From positions 32,001 to 96,000 of IMG/VR virus record IMGVR_UViG_3300033802_000463: a stretch of 64,000 nucleotides of DNA. One strand, written 5' to 3'. The notes below the pieces were generated by a model. That model worked only from the letters and a program-made list of their open reading frames with translations. It was not told the DNA's origin and made no database searches. Both the position numbers and the translations under genes were made by a program. Below are positions 1 through 9,218 of this stretch, in pieces. How positions within the stretch are numbered: the stretch's first letter is position 1; each line of letters begins with the position of its first letter. Source of the stretch: a virus.

Positions 1-3000
1 TTGAAAGGAATCTTGTCCGGAATGACGGCTTGCGCTGTGAAAAGGGCTGCTGTTGCGCCAACCGGTTCTGTGTCAACAAATGGAGACTGGCTTCCCCAGT
101 TAAAATCGATTTTGGGATCAATCCGGGAGAACTGAACTTCTCCAAGATAATTGACTTTTGTCGGATCAAAGGTTCCCGTAACCACATACGATTGCACATG
201 AATCCAGTCTTTCGGATTCAAGATGCTGCGATCGATCACAATCGTTTTTCCACTGACACTGTACTTGCTAGGCGCAAGCTTTACGCCATTCAAAAATACC
301 GCTAAACCCTCTCCTGGATCTTGCTCCAGAACAAATACATTGTCAAGGCTGCCGGTTGCGTAACGAACCTTGATATCTCCCGGTGTGATATAGGTGCCAT
401 GAAGCTCGAACTCTTGCCCTTCGATCGTATAACCATTGGTTGAGCTTTCTGGAATCGCAACGCCATTTCGCGTCACCGACAGTACCGTGAACGGCTGCGG
501 ATCAGAGAACGGGAATTTGCTTTGCATCGGCAGCGCATCAATCTTGAAGCCGCCAGCCGTAAAAGTGATGTCTACCACATCCTCTTTATAGAGAGGAGTC
601 CCTATCGTGATCCGTTTTCCATCAACACTGAAATTCGTCGTCGAGATTCCGTTGACTTTGATTTGAACATTCCATGGATCCGGCGCATATTTCAGCTCAA
701 ATACCTGTTGGGCAGCATGACCGATGTTAGTTGTCACAGCATAATCGACTTCTTTGATGCCTTGATTGTATACCTCGATGATCCATGTTCCCTCGATCGG
801 CCGGATGAACGTCATGAGCTCAAACGGAGATGCCCCGCCATTGTATTCATACTGGGCAGCTGATGTAATAAGATTCCCGTTTGCAAAGGTTGTCTTCGTG
901 ATAGGCTCTTCTGACCAGGTTCCGTTATTCTCACTAATCCCGAATGATTCACCGTTTGGCGCTCGAACAATCATGTCCGGGAATGTATCGCCGGTGTTTT
1001 GCATAAAGGAAACCAGGACCTTGAAAGTTTCCTGCCCTGCGGGCACATAGACCGAATGCACAACGCCGCTTTCGGTTGTCGGCATTTTTCCGCGCACGGG
1101 CGCCTGGCCGGCCAGAAGCGTTTCCCGTCCCGGGTTGCCGTCTTGCCGGTATTCCGAAACTTCCTCCTGAACCGTAAAGACCTGCTCCTTCACATGATAA
1201 TCGCCGCCAACAACAAAGGCTTCTTTGATGATTTTCGTTTGCAGCGGGTAGCGGTAATAGGTTCCCAGCAGGCCATTTGTATCCCCCTCTTGTTTGTCAA
1301 CCCAGACAGATACAAAGGGGTTGGAGCTGATTACTTCAACCTTCTCAATAAACACGTTGTCATCATAATTCGGATCCATCATTGGATTGATGGATACTGT
1401 ATCGGTGATTGTACTGACCGACTCGTTATCCGCATAAAAGGTTCGCGGATCTTCCACCCAATCCGTATACCAATCCGTGTACCAGATGTACGCATCTTGA
1501 TAGTCTGACATGAAGCTTATGGTTTTCTTAATTGGATCGAGTTCGAATTTCACCCGCTCGTCATTGGTTTCTATAAACGGCCCCTCAATATTCGTCAGGT
1601 TCGGCGGCAAATAGACTGTATTAGTTGGCACGTTCACCATATTGGCTTTTCCCGCTCCTGGACTGAAGAACGGACGTTTGCCATTCACTTTCCCATACCC
1701 GATATATTTGCCGCTTATCCAAGGTTCATAGCGCGGATCCGGATCACACACGATAACCACGCGATCGTTTTGCTGATCCGTAAACAGAAGCGGTTCGTTT
1801 GTGATCTTGTTCATCGGCGCCGTCGTATTGCGCGTGGTCTGGCCAGGTTTCGACTCCCAATACATCCAGACAAAGCTGAGCTTTCCTATCGGATACTTGT
1901 GCAGTACATAATGCATGTTTGGGTAAATGGCCGGCATCGGTTCTTTCGTATAAGGATTGATGTAATGTTCATGATTTGGCGGAATCTCCACATACACTGG
2001 TCCTTCGCTGTTGACGACCCCTTCATTTTTGATGTCCGCCGGGAAGATGCCTTGATACCATTCCGTTGTTCGAAGCATCAGCACATCTGATGGATCCTGA
2101 TGCGTTTCAACATTTCCGGATTTTTGCCACTTCCAAGCATGATAAGTTGGATCAATGATGTATTCTCCGGTTTCGTTAAAGGTAATTGTATAAGTTGCCC
2201 AATTGCCGCCTGCGAACTCTCTCAGATCACGCGCTGCCACCCATCCATCATGGGCATAAGCTGTGTACTCATAGGTCTTTTCCGTGATCACATGTTCAGG
2301 TTCCGATTCCCAAATGATAAGCTTTTTGTTATTAACAAAGGCCCATTCAGTATCACCAGAAGCAGGTTTGACGATGGTATACGTCGGCGTCAGGCTGGAT
2401 GGATTCACTTCCGGATGCTGTATCAGAAAATCGGCTCGCTCAGCACGGAAAAAGTCGTCAATATCCTCAAATACCACCAAGCCTGTTGTATTGTCAATAT
2501 TGTCTGGCGTTACCAAGACAGTGCCCTTTTTCGTATAAGTATGCCTTTGGATGGTTCCGGCATTTGGACCATTGAACGTTCTTACGGTGACGGGTTGTCC
2601 GATTCCTGCTGTTGCAACGCCCGCTGTCGGATCTTTAACTTCCGCCATAATTTTGCCGATCGTATAAGGCTTTCCCGATATGCCGAGCTGACTCATGCGC
2701 GCCTGAAGGTTGTATTTGATATATTCCTCCGAGCTTGGGTTAATCACTTTTGGAGTCGGCGTTATTTCATCAAACACGGCCCACCCGTTTTGTGGCTCCC
2801 GGCCAGTAAATCGGATCCAACGTTTTACGCGAATTTGGTGAAATTCGACAGCCTGCGACCAGTTGATTGCTCCGAATGAACCTTTATCCCATTCGGTTTC
2901 GAACTCAAACACCTTGTAATAAGGAGAGGTTAAACTATGTCGAACGTAAAGTTCAGTGTGTTTACCTTTGCAGACGACTTTCATGGATTCCTTCGTCATA

Positions 3001-5807
3001 TAATCCCATCCGTTGCCGCCCTCAAGCTCATTGACCTGGACGCGATACATTTTGCCGTCCACGACTTTGTAAACGCGCCGGTGCTGTTTCTTCCACCCTG
3101 TTCCCTCTACGTATACTCTCCATAGCGATTCGGAACCCAAGTATGGGCGTGAATAAGACATATGGTTTCCATCGTCCCATACCGATTGATCTGCTGTAAA
3201 AATATCCGTGCCGTCCAAGTTATCTCCGATTCGATTGGAATATCGAACTCGCTCCTCGGCTTCCCAAAGCATCATATAGAAATTGCGCGGATCTTTTGCC
3301 TTAAAAATAATGCCGACAACATCATCATCCTGCCCGCCAAGGGTGGGCCAAGGATTCGCCTCTGGAATGGTGCGAAAATCAAATTCAACTTCGTAACTGT
3401 CCCAGGTAAAAAATTCATCGTCTTCTCCTCTGGCAATGATGCCGCTGAAACACATGCGATTGGAATCATCATAGATGAATGTTCCATCCGAACTTATCTT
3501 CCATGTATTCATTGGCGGAACGCCGACATAATAGCCATTGTTCGAGGTAAACAGATCTTTGATGTCGCCCTTATCCTCAACCTGGTAGTAAGCTTCGTAA
3601 TTCACTGCCCACTCCAGCGTTTTCTTGGGCACTGTTCCGGAGAGCTCCATATTTACTTCGTATTCTTTCGGAGTCGGAAGGATCCGATCTTCTTGAATTG
3701 TGAACGCAAACTTCTTTGGCGGATACGCATCAATGCCGATTTTGTATGGCGACTCATTGTACGTGATAAACAGATCACCTTTATACCAGATGCTGTACTG
3801 AAAGTTCAGTTCCGGATAAATGAGCACTTGATGCTTGCGCTTCCCGCGCAGCCGAGCGGCATATTGAAACGATTGAACAGATGTTTCATGCTGCGGTTTT
3901 TTAACCAGGAGATCATCATGGTCGCCGATGCCGGAATGTATCGCATGAGCCATATCAACGGATCCATGCGCCCGGCCGTAGAGGATCGTGCTGAAACCTT
4001 TCCCGTCAATATAGTTTTCCTCGAATTTCGGATCACCCCACTGCTCCTCACCGTCTTCAATCGGAAAGTACGTCTGTTCGGATGATCCGTCTATTGGAAG
4101 CGGGTCCGGCGCAGCCATCATCATAATCTGAGCTTCATTGACCTCTACAATGGCCTGCTGCGTCATCTGCCCGGCTGCAGCCGTTACACTGGCTTCCCCA
4201 TTCACAATCCCTTCAATCTTGATCCAGGTTTCGCTTTGATCTATGACACGGACAAGCCCATTGTCTTGCACGGTCCAGGTAACCGGTGCCGGATCTCCAT
4301 TTAAGATTTGCGCATAGATCGTCAGTTGCTCGCCCGGGGCTATCCGCGCGCGCTGCGGTTTGAGCGTAAGAATAGGTTGGCTTTGCCCTTGCGCCGAGAT
4401 GGTGGTAATGGATTCACTGCCATAGGCAGTTGCCCGCACTTTAATGACGCCAGGTGCATGGATCTTGACGGAAACCTCCCTGCCGTTCGTTCGACTGATG
4501 CTGGCCAGCTCCGCCCCTTCAACGATGTCCCAAGTGATGGATTCATCGTCATGCAGCATCTCTTCATACATGACTTCGTAATGTGCAGACAAGGTAATCT
4601 GATCGCCAGAAACCACTGTGATTTCTTCTGGCAAGGTATGGAATCGATACAACTTCTTTTCCCATACCGGCACTTTAACGGTTGCCGAAACTTCTTCCCG
4701 GCGACTGGATCGAACCAGCAAATCGAAAGAAAGGATCTCGTTGGCGTGCGGAGTAATCCGATAAGTCGTCTCGCTGACCTTTTCGATATCCGCCGACCCT
4801 TCTGTTAACGTAAGAGTTGTCATCTGAATCGGAAAACGTTCGCCGTTCTCATATTCAGCCGAAACATGAATTTCGGTCGGATCCCCGATAAAAGATCGCT
4901 CTTGAGACCGGGCGATGCGGATGCGGCCTTTTGGATCAACAACTTCAACTGCAATCACTTGCGAATAAGCCTCATCCACCATTATCGTCAAATTGGTTGC
5001 TCCAACTTGAACGCCCCGTAGCACTATGGAATGTTTGTCAAACGAAACAACTTCGGCAATCTTTAGCTTGTCGAATTTGTAATGCAGCGAATCCGGCCCG
5101 ATGCCGCCGGCGCCTTCGCTTTGAATGTCAATCTCAATTTTTTGCTCCATCCCGCGCACCAGCTGCAAGCGATTGGTGCTGGTAGTGATTCGAATGCTAT
5201 GGTGTTCTTCAATATCCGCGCCATAAGCATACAGTTTATCCGTGTAATTGAGCACAACACGAGGATTATTGCTGATGGCCTCAAGATGGACAATCACGTA
5301 TTCTGTCGGCAGTGGCGCCAATGCGTTGCGATCGATCAATGTTCGAATTTCGGTGTTGAACACCGGGATTTGTGTATCCTCCGAATAAACAAGATTTGTA
5401 TCAATCTGCGGCCCCATAATCCAGTCTGTTTCAACATTAATCTGATCTTGCGGCAGGTTGCTGCACCAAGCAAGTGGATTCTCCGTTCCATCCGGCAAGC
5501 AGACCACAGAAATGCGAGTATCCGGGCACCATATAAAATAAGACTCCACCGTAATATTCGGATCATCTGTTCTCAACCGGTCTAGCTCAGGCGCACACAG
5601 CAAGATGACACTTTGATCAGATAATGGCTTGGCGGAATAGATACTGTCGTTTGAGTTGTTGACGACATCGCTGGATTCATATAATTTGACATGCTGCCGC
5701 GTGCCGTCTCCGTAACGCAAATCACCATAAATTTCATAGTGGAACGATTGGGTGACAACCGGTTGAATCACCGCTTTTAGTTTATAATCGAAGTTTAAGA
5801 TTGCCAT
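1..5807 (-). CDS. Very large virion/baseplate-associated structural protein (>1930 aa, 3' end outside window)
   Basis: ATG at 5807 overlaps the end of the upstream gene and reads MAILNFDYKLKAVIQPVVTQSFHYEIYGDLRY. The ORF track lists no closed minus ORF in this frame, implying it is open to the edge. The long + strand ORFs at 30, 522, 999, 1770, 2100, 3162, 4308 and 5082 are all in the matching antisense frame. Confidence 0.8.
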   Translation of the reverse strand, partial: MAILNFDYKLKAVIQPVVTQSFHYEIYGDLRYGDGTRQHVKLYESSDVVNNSNDSIYSAKPLSDQSVILLCAPELDRLRTDDPNITVESYFIWCPDTRISVVCLPDGTENPLAWCSNLPQDQINVETDWIMGPQIDTNLVYSEDTQIPVFNTEIRTLIDRNALAPLPTEYVIVHLEAISNNPRVVLNYTDKLYAYGADIEEHHSIRITTSTNRLQLVRGMEQKIEIDIQSEGAGGIGPDSLHYKFDKLKIAEVVSFDKHSIVLRGVQVGATNLTIMVDEAYSQVIAVEVVDPKGRIRIARSQERSFIGDPTEIHVSAEYENGERFPIQMTTLTLTEGSADIEKVSETTYRITPHANEILSFDLLVRSSRREEVSATVKVPVWEKKLYRFHTLPEEITVVSGDQITLSAHYEVMYEEMLHDDESITWDIVEGAELASISRTNGREVSVKIHAPGVIKVRATAYGSESITTISAQGQSQPILTLKPQRARIAPGEQLTIYAQILNGDPAPVTWTVQDNGLVRVIDQSETWIKIEGIVNGEASVTAAAGQMTQQAIVEVNEAQIMMMAAPDPLPIDGSSEQTYFPIEDGEEQWGDPKFEENYIDGKGFSTILYGRAHGSVDMAHAIHSGIGDHDDLLVKKPQHETSVQSFQYAARLRGKRKHQVLIYPELNFQYSIWYKGDLFITYNESPYKIGIDAYPPKKFAFTIQEDRILPTPKEYEVNMELSGTVPKKTLEWAVNYEAYYQVEDKGDIKDLFTSNNGYYVGVPPMNTWKISSDGTFIYDDSNRMCFSGIIARGEDDEFFTWDSYEVEFDFRTIPEANPWPTLGGQDDDVVGIIFKAKDPRNFYMMLWEAEERVRYSNRIGDNLDGTDIFTADQSVWDDGNHMSYSRPYLGSESLWRVYVEGTGWKKQHRRVYKVVDGKMYRVQVNELEGGNGWDYMTKESMKVVCKGKHTELYVRHSLTSPYYKVFEFETEWDKGSFGAINWSQAVEFHQIRVKRWIRFTGREPQNGWAVFDEITPTPKVINPSSEEYIKYNLQARMSQLGISGKPYTIGKIMAEVKDPTAGVATAGIGQPVTVRTFNGPNAGTIQRHTYTKKGTVLVTPDNIDNTTGLVVFEDIDDFFRAERADFLIQHPEVNPSSLTPTYTIVKPASGDTEWAFVNNKKLIIWESEPEHVITEKTYEYTAYAHDGWVAARDLREFAGGNWATYTITFNETGEYIIDPTYHAWKWQKSGNVETHQDPSDVLMLRTTEWYQGIFPADIKNEGVVNSEGPVYVEIPPNHEHYINPYTKEPMPAIYPNMHYVLHKYPIGKLSFVWMYWESKPGQTTRNTTAPMNKITNEPLLFTDQQNDRVVIVCDPDPRYEPWISGKYIGYGKVNGKRPFFSPGAGKANMVNVPTNTVYLPPNLTNIEGPFIETNDERVKFELDPIKKTISFMSDYQDAYIWYTDWYTDWVEDPRTFYADNESVSTITDTVSINPMMDPNYDDNVFIEKVEVISSNPFVSVWVDKQEGDTNGLLGTYYRYPLQTKIIKEAFVVGGDYHVKEQVFTVQEEVSEYRQDGNPGRETLLAGQAPVRGKMPTTESGVVHSVYVPAGQETFKVLVSFMQNTGDTFPDMIVRAPNGESFGISENNGTWSEEPITKTTFANGNLITSAAQYEYNGGASPFELMTFIRPIEGTWIIEVYNQGIKEVDYAVTTNIGHAAQQVFELKYAPDPWNVQIKVNGISTTNFSVDGKRITIGTPLYKEDVVDITFTAGGFKIDALPMQSKFPFSDPQPFTVLSVTRNGVAIPESSTNGYTIEGQEFELHGTYITPGDIKVRYATGSLDNVFVLEQDPGEGLAVFLNGVKLAPSKYSVSGKTIVIDRSILNPKDWIHVQSYVVTGTFDPTKVNYLGEVQFSRIDPKIDFNWGSQSPFVDTEPVGATAALFTAQAVIPDKIPF

Positions 5808-7234
5808 ACTTTCGAGCCCTCCCACCGCTTCGGATTAAAGGTGTAGTTCTTCCAAGGTTCAATACTGGAATCCCAAATGTTTGGCAAGTAACCAAGACCA
5901 GTCAAGTCTTTACTGATCGTATCCCAATAACCTTCGTCCCAATTGAAACGTCCCCACATGATTGGCGCAACCGTGTTAATGTAATTCACCCATCGTTTCA
6001 AGATGTCGGTGGCCTGGCCGTCCTCATGGAACATGATGCGATACAGCTCTTCGTCCGTTTTTTGATACAGCTCATATTTCTCCACGTCTTTGATAAACGA
6101 TACGGTTCGCGGCCGCCCCGAATATTGAGCTTGGATAATAACGTAACCGAACTCATCGACGGCGTAATCGGCCGGCTGCAGCGGGACACCATCCACGCGA
6201 ATGGTATGCGGATCAATGCCGCGGCCCTTCAGGTATAAATTCTTGCTGTCATCCTTCCAGGTGACACGGCGTATCAAATTCAACTCCCGGGCGATCCCGT
6301 AGGTGAGACCTTGTTCTCCGCTGTTGGCTGGATAGCGAAATACGTCTTTGATTCGCTCCCGGTAATCCGCATTTCGCTCTCGATGAAGTCTCGGCGTGTT
6401 TGTAAGGAGACCGAACTCATCAAAAGCATTCCAGATATGATGCGGCAAACCGGATGCCGTGAAGCTTTTTCTTCGGTCAATATTCTTGATTTCTCCGCGA
6501 AAGTTTGTATATTCTTTCCGCGCATACATGCGGTTTCTTTCGTAATCGATAATGCCACCGCCATCCAGCTTATTGAAGAAAAACTCCTTTAAGCTCTTGA
6601 TGATAGGAATAGGTTCATCTCCGTCATAGAAAACCACTTCATCTGAAGGTTGAATATCCGGAAGATCATAGACCCATATCCAATCGAGCATATGCGGATC
6701 TAACAGGTCAATAAATTTTTGCCGCTTGATTTCGTCAAATTCATCCGTAATGGTTTCAAGTTCCATAGCAAACCAGTTGAAAAATCGCTGGCCATTCGAT
6801 TCCCGAGAATTGCGTATCCAGGTCCATAATGGATACTCATCCGCGATGCGCTGCGTGATGCTGGAATACCAATAATCATTCAAAAAGACTCCGTAAATTC
6901 CGCCGCCCGTTGCCTTTGCCGCCAACGTCTTTTGCTCGGCATCCAGTTTGGTTTCAAGCACTCTCCACATGCTGATGTTGTCATAATGTGCAATGCGGCA
7001 GTGCTTGGCTTCCGTTTCTGTTAATCGGGTCGCATATGGGATGGTAATGGTCAATTCATCTGCGGGATCTTCTGTATTGATCTCAAACTGCATTGGCGTG
7101 GGAATGTATTTTTCATACATGTCATCCTCGACAAAAACCTTTTGACCTTGGATTTCGGGAATGACTTTTCGCGTACAGGTGACCGGTTTTTTACTCAGGA
7201 TCACGATATCTTCATGATCCCATATGTAATCCAT
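5795..7234 (-). CDS. Putative baseplate wedge-associated protein (479 aa)
   Basis: Long ORF with GAGGGG RBS. The motif HHIWNAFDEFGLLTNTPRLHRERNADYRERI resembles baseplate wedge D..G...R...E....YR.RI motifs. Baseplate context. Confidence 0.65.
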   Translation of the reverse strand: MDYIWDHEDIVILSKKPVTCTRKVIPEIQGQKVFVEDDMYEKYIPTPMQFEINTEDPADELTITIPYATRLTETEAKHCRIAHYDNISMWRVLETKLDAEQKTLAAKATGGGIYGVFLNDYWYSSITQRIADEYPLWTWIRNSRESNGQRFFNWFAMELETITDEFDEIKRQKFIDLLDPHMLDWIWVYDLPDIQPSDEVVFYDGDEPIPIIKSLKEFFFNKLDGGGIIDYERNRMYARKEYTNFRGEIKNIDRRKSFTASGLPHHIWNAFDEFGLLTNTPRLHRERNADYRERIKDVFRYPANSGEQGLTYGIARELNLIRRVTWKDDSKNLYLKGRGIDPHTIRVDGVPLQPADYAVDEFGYVIIQAQYSGRPRTVSFIKDVEKYELYQKTDEELYRIMFHEDGQATDILKRWVNYINTVAPIMWGRFNWDEGYWDTISKDLTGLGYLPNIWDSSIEPWKNYTFNPKRWEGSKVWQS

Positions 7235-7250
7235 GATCCCCGCCCCCTCA

Positions 7251-7281
7251 TTGTAATGTATTACATTACTATATTATAACA
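7251..7281 (-). promoter_or_regulatory. Extended -10 promoter (TGtTATAAT) with downstream palindromic operator-like site
   Basis: Minus strand TG-T-TATAAT at 7281-7273. Perfect inverted repeat GTAATGTA-T-TACATTAC at 7253-7269 lies between the -10 and the RBS. Confidence 0.5.
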
Positions 7282-7292
7282 GAACCCGTACA

Positions 7293-7333
7293 TAAAGAAA
7301 GGACATTTCCGTATAAACAGAAATGTCCTTTCT
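7293..7333 (-). terminator. Intrinsic terminator-like hairpin
   Basis: 14-bp perfect stem AGAAAGGACATTTC (7296-7309) / GAAATGTCCTTTCT (7320-7333) just after the FN3 gene stop, with a U-rich 3' arm. Confidence 0.7.
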
Positions 7334-7343
7334 GGTGGAGGGA

Positions 7344-7982
7344 TTACAGAGAATTGTCGATGGAGGAAACCGCATAGCTGTACTCGACGCCGTTTTCTGC
7401 CGTCAGGTCGTCGTACAGGGTCACATCTGCACCAACTTGAGCAAGGAAAACATGTTGGCCTTCGTCGTTTGCTTCTTTGCGGTAAATCCGATAGCCGGCC
7501 AAGTTTTCGTTCAGCTTTGGCGTTTCGGAATCTTGCACCGAATCCCATGTCAGGCGGATTACCGAGTCTCCAGAAGTTGCCGCCAGGTTTTGAGGAACTG
7601 AAGGAATTGTCTTGACGGCCAGCTCGTCAGATTGTTCGCCTTCGTTTGGCGTAGACTCATCATCAATTGCAGAAACTGCATAGATGTATGAGGCGCCATC
7701 GAACATCGAAGTGTCTTCGTAAGTCGTCACTTGAGCATCTACGCTGGCAGCCACGTTTGCCACCAGTGCAAACGTATCTTCAGCCGAGTCCTTACGATAT
7801 ACACGGTAGCCGGCGAGATCCGAAAGCGGAGATCCATCAGAGTTGGTCGTAACCGGATCCCAAGTAAGGGTCACTTTTCCCTGAGAAACGCTGTAAGCCA
7901 GGTTGAGAACTTTTGCAGGTGCAAGAGTATCTTCAGCCAATGCTATCACAGGGGTTGAAAGCTGCGACTCCAAAGCAGCCAT
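7344..7982 (-). CDS. Fibronectin type III repeat protein (two FN3 domains)
   Basis: Two repeats of P..NL.....V.LTWD.V......LAGYRVYRK......Y.D.....G..Y.YAVSAID. Start placed at MAALES after an AGGAG RBS. Confidence 0.8.
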   Translation of the reverse strand: MAALESQLSTPVIALAEDTLAPAKVLNLAYSVSQGKVTLTWDPVTTNSDGSPLSDLAGYRVYRKDSAEDTFALVANVAASVDAQVTTYEDTSMFDGASYIYAVSAIDDESTPNEGEQSDELAVKTIPSVPQNLAATSGDSVIRLTWDSVQDSETPKLNENLAGYRIYRKEANDEGQHVFLAQVGADVTLYDDLTAENGVEYSYAVSSIDNSL

Positions 7983-8067
7983 ACCACTCACTCCTTTTCT
8001 GATTTATTTATGTCAAGGCTTGACCTTAACACCAGCCCAGAATAGCAACTTTTTCCACATATAAACC

Positions 8068-8096
8068 ATCATAATTCCAAACCATAATATATTCAA
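8068..8096 (-). promoter_or_regulatory. SigA-like promoter TTGAAT-N17-TATGAT upstream of the FN3 gene
   Basis: Minus strand -35 TTGAAT (8096-8091), 17-nt spacer, -10 TATGAT (8073-8068) in AT-rich intergenic DNA. Confidence 0.5.
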
Positions 8097-8115
8097 TCTC
8101 GATTAATGTAGGGCA

Positions 8116-8562
8116 TTACACTTTTCCGATGACTCGTTTCTTTCTTTCTACATGTTCCTGTCGATTTTTCAAAAATTCGCCGGCATGCTCTTCGGCATAC
8201 TTCATATAGTCAAAGAGCCAATCTTTTTTAGGTGTTTTTCCATCCGTAATTTGATGCATATCGAGAATGCGTTGGAGCGATTGTTCAACTTCAACATCTT
8301 CTGCTGTTAGACTCATGCCGTTCAGCTTTTTATTTGCGAGTCTGATGAAGGCAAACAAAATAAACTCCAATACGGAAGCGCCAATCGTCGGATTGACTTT
8401 CTCCGAAGCAATTTCAAACAAAACCTTGCTTACCAGCTTTTGTTCTTCCGGCGGCAGTTGCGAAAAGTTTTCTTGGTTGATTACACCGGATTCAATGCTT
8501 CGGCGAATCATCACTTCTGTTTGTTCTTCTTCGGGAATCAGACGAATACGTTCTCTTGCCAT
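8116..8562 (-). CDS. Hypothetical alpha-helical protein (~148 aa), possibly fibre assembly chaperone
   Basis: ORF with GGAGG RBS 8 nt before ATG (MARER). It is last in the receptor-binding cassette. Confidence 0.6.
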   Translation of the reverse strand: MARERIRLIPEEEQTEVMIRRSIESGVINQENFSQLPPEEQKLVSKVLFEIASEKVNPTIGASVLEFILFAFIRLANKKLNGMSLTAEDVEVEQSLQRILDMHQITDGKTPKKDWLFDYMKYAEEHAGEFLKNRQEHVERKKRVIGKV

Positions 8563-8581
8563 TGTCATTTCCTCCTTTTCA

Positions 8582-9202
8582 TTAAGTCCAGGTGAGCCCA
8601 TAACTTAACAGTTTTGTATCTGGACCAAGCTCAGCTTTGATACGAATATTTCGGCCCATTGGTGAATCGGCGGTGAAGTAGAACAATTCATTAGGGTGGA
8701 TGGTTTCCCAGGTTTCCCCGTCATCACGGGATATAAAATATGCTCCATTGAATATATTTGGATTTAGTGTATTTTCCTCAACAACTAATATTGCTTTCAC
8801 TGGAACGTAATCTGAAATTTCCGGAACCGTGACAATTGTAAAATTCTCAGATCCGCTTGCTTCCACCAAACCATTTTCCGTGTCAAGTCGATATCCGCTA
8901 CTTTTCGCTGAATCAATTCCGCTGGAGTCCAAGAAATCTTCAAAGATCATGTTGTGCATTTTGTATCTTATGGTTTTGGCCACCGCATTAAGTTTTGCAT
9001 GAGCTTTCATAATGTTGATTGCATCATTTACAATAAGCTTATCTGCCTTTGCCACAACTGCCTGCAGCGCATTCTCTAAGGCGTCAATACGACCCTTGAC
9101 GTGAGGGTATGTTCCTTCAATGCCAAGTCCCAGGATGTTCTCTCTTGTGTTTTTTTCGGTTTTTCCTGCTTTATTGGCAATACCAAAACTGATTACATCC
9201 AT
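8582..9202 (-). CDS. Tail-fibre/RBP adaptor-like protein, MDVIS-family paralog 3
   Basis: N-terminus MDVISFGIANKA is shared with 13330..14400 and 18581..19276. C-terminal SRDDGETW...IRIKAEL...SYGLTW is shared with the 599-aa and 1148-aa proteins. Confidence 0.7.
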   Translation of the reverse strand: MDVISFGIANKAGKTEKNTRENILGLGIEGTYPHVKGRIDALENALQAVVAKADKLIVNDAINIMKAHAKLNAVAKTIRYKMHNMIFEDFLDSSGIDSAKSSGYRLDTENGLVEASGSENFTIVTVPEISDYVPVKAILVVEENTLNPNIFNGAYFISRDDGETWETIHPNELFYFTADSPMGRNIRIKAELGPDTKLLSYGLTWT

Positions 9203-9218
9203 GCGGATTCACCTCTTT

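Noticed and set aside
8116-8562. Helical 148-aa protein as the missing Avd
   Set aside because: Not adjacent to the TR or RT, not strongly basic, and no Avd-like C-terminal motif recognised. It cannot be fully excluded without a structure search.
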